Source: Berkelbacteria bacterium GW2011_GWE1_39_12
GTDB taxonomy: Bacteria; Patescibacteriota; UBA1384; UBA12157
Reading direction: 5' to 3'
NCBI GenBank assembly: GCA_001029735.1
Contig: CP011213.1
Span: 140,087-204,086, forward strand
DNA length: 64,000 bases
The position numbers and the translations under genes are program-made. Positions within the stretch are counted from its first letter, which is position 1. Each line of letters opens with the position of its first letter. The notes beneath the pieces were generated by a model. That model saw nothing but the letters and a program-made list of their open reading frames with translations. It ran no database searches and was not told the DNA's origin. Shown one piece after another: positions 58,216 to 64,000 of the stretch.

Positions 58216-58463
58216 GTGACGGCCGTAAGATCGCTAACCATATTGATCCGCTGCTGTGGACACAGGCCATTCGGACCCAGATCATGGCCTTGATAGATAG
58301 ATTCATAATCCAAGTGCCGATCTATCACCTTGGCCATCTCTTGCGCCTTAGCGGCCAGCGTATCCCAGTCAGGCACAACCGGAAGACCCGGAATCTCTAT
58401 TGTCCGACTTTCCGGTAATCCGATGACACCTAAGTTGGAGTTTTTTTTCTTGGCAACGACCAT
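58212..58463 (-). CDS. Hypothetical protein, 83 aa.
   Basis: It is the first gene of a two-gene minus-strand operon in the GC-richer islet. Confidence 0.45.
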   Translation of the reverse strand: MVVAKKKNSNLGVIGLPESRTIEIPGLPVVPDWDTLAAKAQEMAKVIDRHLDYESIYQGHDLGPNGLCPQQRINMVSDLTAVT

Positions 58464-58638
58464 CCGCTTCGCCTCCGTTCTCTATCAGAATAAAAACAAT
58501 TTAAACGGACAGATAAATCACCTGCCTTTCCTCCTCGGCAAACATATCAATATTATACTAGATAACAACACATATATCACTAATCTCGTCAATTGTCAAT
58601 GATCCATCTCGTCCAAGACATGATTTTAGAGTTCTAGA

Positions 58639-59529
58639 TCAAACATTCATTTCATCAAGTTTTTTGATTCGATCAGAGATCGGTGGATGAGTCGAAAAAA
58701 GACCAGCAACCTTCTTCTTAAAAGGGTCTGATATATACAAATGAGATGTGGCTCGGTTAGCGCGCTTAATAGGTGTTTTGTATTGAGAAATTTTTTCCAA
58801 TGCGCTCGCTAAGCCTTTTGGATATCGCGTTAGTAATGCACCAGAGGCATCTGCTAAATATTCTCGCTTACGTGAAATTGCCAGTTGGATTAAAGTTGCC
58901 GCCAATGGTGCCAAAATGGCTAAAGCAATCGCAACTATCATAAGAATCAGCTGCGCTTGATTATTATTGTTATCATTATTTCTTCGTCCCCCGCCCCACC
59001 ACATCCAGCGCAAGGCAAAGTCAGAGATCAATGCGACTACTCCCACCAATACAACAACTATAGTCATCAAGCGGATATCATAATTACCGACATGTGATAG
59101 TTCGTGGGCAATCACACCTTCGAGTTCGTTTTTTTCCAGTATGTCTAGTAATCCGGTAGTTACTGCGATTGACGCATGCTTAGGATCTCTACCGGTGGCA
59201 AATGCGTTTGGCGACGGATCATTAATAATATAAATTTTTGGTTTTTGAATACCGGCTGTGATACTTAAATTTTCCACAATTCGATGGAGCTCTAAAAAAG
59301 GTCCCTCACGAGGCGCCTCCTTGGCACCAGAAACTGCCAAAGAGATGGAATCTGAAAAGTAGTAAGAAACCAGGGACTGAACAATTGCGACTAATACTGC
59401 AATCACCAATATTAGATAATTATTGAAATACAAAGACAAGACATATCCCACGCCAATCACAAAGATTAGGAATATTGTCATCAATAAAACGGTTTTTCTT
59501 TTATTTGAATCAATTTCTTTATACATCAA
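58639..59529 (-). CDS. htpX: Zinc metalloprotease HtpX (M48 family).
   Basis: The HELSHVGNYD HExxH motif and four transmembrane helices are present. Confidence 0.9.
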   Translation of the reverse strand: MMYKEIDSNKRKTVLLMTIFLIFVIGVGYVLSLYFNNYLILVIAVLVAIVQSLVSYYFSDSISLAVSGAKEAPREGPFLELHRIVENLSITAGIQKPKIYIINDPSPNAFATGRDPKHASIAVTTGLLDILEKNELEGVIAHELSHVGNYDIRLMTIVVVLVGVVALISDFALRWMWWGGGRRNNDNNNNQAQLILMIVAIALAILAPLAATLIQLAISRKREYLADASGALLTRYPKGLASALEKISQYKTPIKRANRATSHLYISDPFKKKVAGLFSTHPPISDRIKKLDEMNV

Positions 59530-59550
59530 AGAAATTGTATCACATTATTT

Positions 59551-59958
59551 CTATTTTGTCGTCGAAGCGCTAGTTGTTTGATTATTTACAAATTTACTAA
59601 TGGCATCGTTAATTTTTGAACTGTCTGTTAAATTTTGAAAAAAGATTATTTGATCTCTATTAACGAACATAGTATTTTGTGGTTGATGCAATTCATTTCC
59701 CATTTTGACTAAAACAATCTTTTTGTTAACATCTGAAGAAGTTAAGTCGTTCGTTTTTAAATAATAAACGTCTGAAAGTTTTACGACCTGTCCTTTAGGA
59801 TTTGCAACGTAGCCGAAATAAACTTGTCCATTGCTCATAAAAACCGCTTGCCTAACATTGGATGGTCTTTTTACCATATAAAATTTGTAGCTAAAAAAAC
59901 CGACCCCAAAAACCAAGATAACAATTGCAATAATCGCAATTACTTTTTTACTTTTCAT
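59551..59958 (-). CDS. Hypothetical membrane-anchored protein, 135 aa.
   Basis: The N-terminal transmembrane helix is IAIIAIVILVFGVGFFSY. Confidence 0.45.
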   Translation of the reverse strand: MKSKKVIAIIAIVILVFGVGFFSYKFYMVKRPSNVRQAVFMSNGQVYFGYVANPKGQVVKLSDVYYLKTNDLTSSDVNKKIVLVKMGNELHQPQNTMFVNRDQIIFFQNLTDSSKINDAISKFVNNQTTSASTTK

Positions 59959-60191
59959 TTTTCCTTTCTTTAAGCTTTGTTACTACATTTATACATGATG
60001 AGCTTTCTTGTTAGTTTGTTTTTTATCACAAAAAAAACAATAGCCAGATGAGTTTTTTTGTTTGGTTGAATATTTTTTTAGATCAGTCAATCAAAGATAA
60101 TTCAGTTGCATTCATAAACAAGGATGGCGTATCTGCCAGTCGGCGGAGTCGGTCGATGCCCTCCATAAATTAATTATGAGAAAGGAAGAAG

Positions 60192-61067
60192 ATGAATAAA
60201 ATAATCGTTATGCGCAATACTTTAAGAACAATGGTGGCTAGTTCAGCCCTATTGGCTACTTTAGTTGGTGGTGCTGCCTATGCCCAAGTTGATATTTCCT
60301 CAATCAATGGCACTACCGGTCCATGGTCTGAAAACAAAAGTATCTGGGATATTGACCATGATATCGATATCGATATTACAAATGACAGCGAGATTAAAAA
60401 CGATCAGGATATTGACGCAGAGACTGGCCGCAATGAAGTTGAACATAATACAAGCGTTAGCGATTTCACCACAGGTGATATCGACGGCGATATTTATGTC
60501 TCCAATGAATTAGGTGGAAGCGATTTTATCGTTTCAGGAAGTGATTTAGGTTTTGGCGATGTCTCAATAGACTTAGCCAACGGCTGCACTGGACCAAATT
60601 CAGAAAATGAAAATATCGTAGACATAGATAATGATATAGATTTAGACTTCAGAAATTACGTCACCATCCATAATGATTTGGATGCAGATTTGAATACTGG
60701 CGACAACGAAGTTGAACATAATACTGTTGTTGGCGATTTTTCAACTGGTGATATTGATTTTTCTGCCACCACGGAAAACCGAGTTAACAACAACCTTGGT
60801 AATTTAGACCTTGGAAACTTAGTTGGTGGAAATGAAGTCAGTGGCGAAATGAGAAATACCTTAACCGGTCCTAATTCTGAAAACAAAAATCTACTAGATA
60901 TTGAAAATGATATCGATTTAGATGTAACCAACCACACAACCATCCACAATGACACCGATATTGATGCCAATACCGGTAACAACGAGATTGAAAATAACAC
61001 ATGTGTCGGCGACATATCGACTGGCTCTGTCAGCATCGACGTCAGCACAATGAACATCGCTAATTAA
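60192..61067 (+). CDS. Secreted acidic repeat protein, 291 aa, with three copies of a ~58 aa TGPxSEN...DIDxDI...NTGxNE(V/I)EHNT...TGDID repeat.
   Basis: A signal peptide (MVASSALLATLVGGAAYAQ) is present. The internal repeats are obvious in the translation. Confidence 0.75.
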   Translation: MNKIIVMRNTLRTMVASSALLATLVGGAAYAQVDISSINGTTGPWSENKSIWDIDHDIDIDITNDSEIKNDQDIDAETGRNEVEHNTSVSDFTTGDIDGDIYVSNELGGSDFIVSGSDLGFGDVSIDLANGCTGPNSENENIVDIDNDIDLDFRNYVTIHNDLDADLNTGDNEVEHNTVVGDFSTGDIDFSATTENRVNNNLGNLDLGNLVGGNEVSGEMRNTLTGPNSENKNLLDIENDIDLDVTNHTTIHNDTDIDANTGNNEIENNTCVGDISTGSVSIDVSTMNIAN

Positions 61068-61158
61068 TTTTAGCTATTTACCATCTTAGGTAATTGGTGT
61101 GGACTTAGGCTCCTCTAAAGAGGCTAGGTCCCACAAGTAACTTAAATAGGAAGGTATA

Positions 61159-63003
61159 ATGACTACTTTACAAAAATTTTTTAGAAAATCTGCGCTCGCT
61201 TTATTTATCATCTCTTTTGCGTTTTTTAGCACTTTTGCAGCTAGTGCCGCTGGACCGATAGAACCAACAGGGCCACAACAACCAGTTGGGGTTCAGGGTG
61301 AAACCGGACCACAGGAACCGACCGGGAATTATGATGCTTCTCAGGTTGATGCAAGCACTCCGGTCACAACTGATGCTGACACCTTAACAGAAGTTGCTTC
61401 ACCAGAAAATACTTCTATTATTCAACAAGAAAGTACGACGGGGCAAGATTCTACCAATCTTTCAGATAAAAACGGAGCTTCGTCATCTGATATCGATGTA
61501 GAAAATAACAGCACAATCGACAATGATTCAAATGCTGATTTAAATACTGGCAAAAATACAGTTGGTCAAAATTCCGTCGTAGGTAATATTAGTACCGGAG
61601 ATATAAATGGCAGTGAAACAATCGTCGATATTTCTAATAGTGTTTTCGCACCAGGAAGTTCTATCGGCAGTCAAACAATCAACGCTAATGGTGTTAACGA
61701 AATTAGCCTCCTGCCAAGTGATCAGCGCGTTCTATTTGAAAATTCCGTCACTGGCCCGGACTCTCTAAATACTAATAGTTTAAATAATAATAATGATATT
61801 CAGGTCGTCGATAAAAATTCAGCCGAGCATGATAACGATATATATATCGACGCCAACACTGGCGAAAACAATATTTACAACAATACTAAAACAGGTAATT
61901 TAACCACAGGCAATATTAACCTAGGTGTAAATCTGTTAAATTTGGCAAATTTACAATTGCCTAATCTACTATTAAATGCCGATGTTTGGAATATCCTCGG
62001 TGATTTAAATGGTGACATTGTTGTTGACCAGTCACTTGCTAACAATGCCACGGGGCCAAATTCATTAAACAGCAACTACATTAACGCTTACAATAAATAC
62101 TATTTACAAGTTATCCAAAATGCCAATTTAAGAAATCAGCTCAATTTTAACACCAATACTGGCAACAATACTTTAGCTAACAACACCGTGAGCGGCGGTC
62201 TTCAAACCGGTGATACTAATATAAATAGTAAAATATACAATCTTACAAATATCGCCGAATTGCCGGTCTACTATATATTCAACATTTATGGGACATGGGA
62301 TGGTAATTTACTTGGGATCGATCCCTCAAAAGTTTATATAAACTTAGTCAATGACACGACCGGGCCAGATTCTGTAAATGAAAATAATCTTGACTCAAAC
62401 AACACTACTGATGCCCTAATGGTAAATAATGCCTCCGTCGACAATAAAATAAATATTGACGCAAATACCGGTAATAATAAAATCGGAAACAACACGGTTG
62501 TTGGAGCTGTAAAAACTGGCTCAATTAATATCTCCACTAACGTTGTGAACTTTATTAATGCTGTTAGTAACAACGTTGGTAAGTTCACGCTAGGGATTAT
62601 CAATATTTTTGGCAACTGGCACGGAAATATTAAAACACCTGATTACCAAGAAACAGCAAGTCTTCCAACCGAAGAGATATCTGAGCCTGAGCAAATTTCA
62701 TCAATTATCGATAACAATAACTTAGATATTCAGCCAACCGAACAACATAGTTTTACTGACAAATCAAAGACAAAATATGCATTTTCTTCCACAACTAACG
62801 ATAATTTACCAGATAATTTTTCAGGCGCCACCAATAATTCCACAGGTGATAATAAATCTGAAGCCGCGGGTATTTCAAAAGATGCCAAAGGCTTACCGAT
62901 TATTCCAATAGCAGTCGGCGTAGCCATTATATTAATTCTTTGCGGCTGGATTTTAACTGAAATCATTTCGTCTAATCAACTTAAAGCAAAAACAAATAAC
63001 TAA
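61159..63003 (+). CDS. Cell-surface repeat protein, 614 aa, with a signal peptide, a short Pro/Gln collagen-like segment, 4-5 divergent copies of the same ~58 aa repeat family and a C-terminal transmembrane anchor.
   Basis: The signal peptide is LALFIISFAFFSTFAASAAGP. The repeats (TGP(D/N)S(L/V)N..N....N.D..ANTG.NN...NNT..G...TG.IN) are present. The C-terminal anchor is LPIIPIAVGVAIILILCGWIL. Confidence 0.8.
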   Translation: MTTLQKFFRKSALALFIISFAFFSTFAASAAGPIEPTGPQQPVGVQGETGPQEPTGNYDASQVDASTPVTTDADTLTEVASPENTSIIQQESTTGQDSTNLSDKNGASSSDIDVENNSTIDNDSNADLNTGKNTVGQNSVVGNISTGDINGSETIVDISNSVFAPGSSIGSQTINANGVNEISLLPSDQRVLFENSVTGPDSLNTNSLNNNNDIQVVDKNSAEHDNDIYIDANTGENNIYNNTKTGNLTTGNINLGVNLLNLANLQLPNLLLNADVWNILGDLNGDIVVDQSLANNATGPNSLNSNYINAYNKYYLQVIQNANLRNQLNFNTNTGNNTLANNTVSGGLQTGDTNINSKIYNLTNIAELPVYYIFNIYGTWDGNLLGIDPSKVYINLVNDTTGPDSVNENNLDSNNTTDALMVNNASVDNKINIDANTGNNKIGNNTVVGAVKTGSINISTNVVNFINAVSNNVGKFTLGIINIFGNWHGNIKTPDYQETASLPTEEISEPEQISSIIDNNNLDIQPTEQHSFTDKSKTKYAFSSTTNDNLPDNFSGATNNSTGDNKSEAAGISKDAKGLPIIPIAVGVAIILILCGWILTEIISSNQLKAKTNN

Positions 63004-63200
63004 TGCTTCTTTCACGTGAGGAGGTGATTGAATTGATTTATAGTAACCATTCAAATAACATAGGTAAGTGGTTTCGATGTCCCAATTGCTCGAATTACTC
63101 CCTTACGCCAATGGAATGTTGCGGCGAAAATATGGTCGAAGAGCATGAAGAAGAAGTTGAAAATGAAAGTCTAATCATTGTTTACGACGACGATTTCTAA
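63003..63200 (+). CDS. Small Cys-rich Zn-ribbon-like protein (~55-65 aa).
   Basis: CPNCSNYSLTPMECCGEN. The GAGGAGG ribosome-binding site favours the internal TTG start (MIYSNHS...). The ORF overlaps the stop of the upstream gene. Confidence 0.45.
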   Translation: MLLSREEVIELIYSNHSNNIGKWFRCPNCSNYSLTPMECCGENMVEEHEEEVENESLIIVYDDDF

Positions 63201-63319
63201 GAAAAACTGTAAAAAATTACATGTTTTTTACATCGATTTGAACCTGTTTTTTGTGAAATTTCACAAAGCAATTTAAAAACTTTACTGTAAAATAGAATTT
63301 GGGTTTCTAAAAAGTTATT

Positions 63320-63823
63320 TTGAAAGGAGCTATCTCGATGAAGCAATCGAGCGGCAATACACAGAATTTTATCATCCCCCCAAAGAGTAGGTTTATCAAG
63401 CCTTCTTCTATCGACGGCGAAAAAATCTCTTACCTCAAAGAGCTTGAACAAATTCGTCAGAGCATCGAAAAAGGTGAGGAAAAAGTAGTAATAGCCACCT
63501 TCAAAAATACACCCAAAGAAATTATTGAAAAGTTAAAAAACAAAAAGATAGATTACAGGAAGTTAGTTCAAGAAAATAAAGTTGTGTTCGTTAATTTTGC
63601 ATCAGCTATTCCTTTGCAAGAGGTAAGTAACAACTACAACCTTTTCCCAATCACCATGAGAATAGAAATGGCGATCAAAAAAAACAACGCGTCAAAAGTT
63701 ATCCTTTGTGAAACTGATAGCCTAAAAAAACAGTTTCCGAGTAAAAATATTGATTTCGAACTTGAGCAAATATTATCAAAATTAAAGGTACAAAAAGTAA
63801 ATGTTAAAAGCTATGAAAACTAA
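63320..63823 (+). CDS. Hypothetical protein, 167 aa.
   Basis: It is an intact ORF, and AAAGGAG lies upstream of the ATG. Confidence 0.5.
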   Translation: MKGAISMKQSSGNTQNFIIPPKSRFIKPSSIDGEKISYLKELEQIRQSIEKGEEKVVIATFKNTPKEIIEKLKNKKIDYRKLVQENKVVFVNFASAIPLQEVSNNYNLFPITMRIEMAIKKNNASKVILCETDSLKKQFPSKNIDFELEQILSKLKVQKVNVKSYEN

Positions 63824-64000
63824 AGCCCCACAAGAAATACTGCTATTTGATAACGAAAATTCCGTCTACTTAGCCGCGGGTATTGACGATTTCAAGAAAA
63901 TCGTGGTATCATTAGCTAACTTATCGCCGGTCAGGACAAAACTAATCGATATTACTAAACAACCAGAACTTGCAGAAAAATACTGCATCACTGTTTTTCC
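63813..64000 (+). CDS. Partial CDS (3'-truncated by the window end); a thioredoxin-fold-like small protein.
   Basis: The ATG at 63813 overlaps the previous stop (ATGAAAACTAA). Translation MKTKAPQEILLFDNENSVYLAAGIDDFKKIVVSLANLSPVRTKLIDITKQPELAEKYCITVF resembles the C-terminal half of thioredoxin-like folds (ELAEKY-I--P). Confidence 0.4.
   Translation, partial: MKTKAPQEILLFDNENSVYLAAGIDDFKKIVVSLANLSPVRTKLIDITKQPELAEKYCITVF

Overview
This 64 kb window comes from a low-GC bacterial chromosome that looks genome-reduced. The lineage is unassigned: a candidate-phyla-radiation (CPR)/Patescibacteria-like organism is possible, but I cannot verify it without a database search. The translation table is the standard bacterial one. 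Long housekeeping ORFs such as uvrA (952 aa) and the 1055 aa secreted protein are uninterrupted by TGA, so there is no sign of codon reassignment. Coding is dense and mostly on the minus strand.

Recognisable housekeeping content:
- A 16S rRNA gene on the minus strand (about 10139..11595), not followed by a 23S gene.
- tRNA-Ala(UGC) and tRNA-Ile(GAU), each transcribed from its own promoter 7-8 kb from the 16S gene.
- A ClpA/B-type AAA+ ATPase with an N-terminal membrane anchor.
- clpP and tig as a pair; pgk; an SDR reductase; an [FeFe]-hydrogenase (hydA) with an overlapping FMN-binding partner.
- A glycolytic cluster gap / PfkB kinase / fba / tpiA.
- uvrC (short form), uvrA and uvrB.
- proS (short form), rseP, frr, tsf (short form), rpsB, rpmE, prfA-prmC, htrA, gatC-gatA-(inserted ORF)-gatB, two STAS-domain proteins, ligA and htpX.

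Accessory content:
- Three large secreted proteins combining a CBM4_9-like domain and/or a beta-helix with a C-terminal DUF11 domain.
- Several low-complexity secreted proteins: a Thr-rich one, an Asp-rich one with a 45 bp tandem repeat, an (RD)n protein encoded by a hexanucleotide repeat, and an NWN/Cys-His protein.
- Four tandem KGG-repeat (YciG-like) small stress proteins.
- Two adjacent cell-surface proteins built from a ~58 aa repeat I do not recognise.
- Several GC-richer islets of small hypothetical genes, bounded by strong intrinsic terminators.

Most unusual observations:
1. The tRNA-Ile locus (3376..3646) is a complete tRNA enclosed in a ~40 bp inverted repeat, itself flanked by a duplicated tRNA 5' half upstream and a duplicated 3' half downstream.
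2. A 14 nt promoter-like motif, TTTYCTGATACAAT, is shared by tig, uvrC and uvrA. uvrA and uvrB both appear to be leaderless.
3. A GC-rich element, AAATTCCGCG, recurs in intergenic regions upstream of pgk, uvrC (twice) and a small gene, with conserved downstream context.
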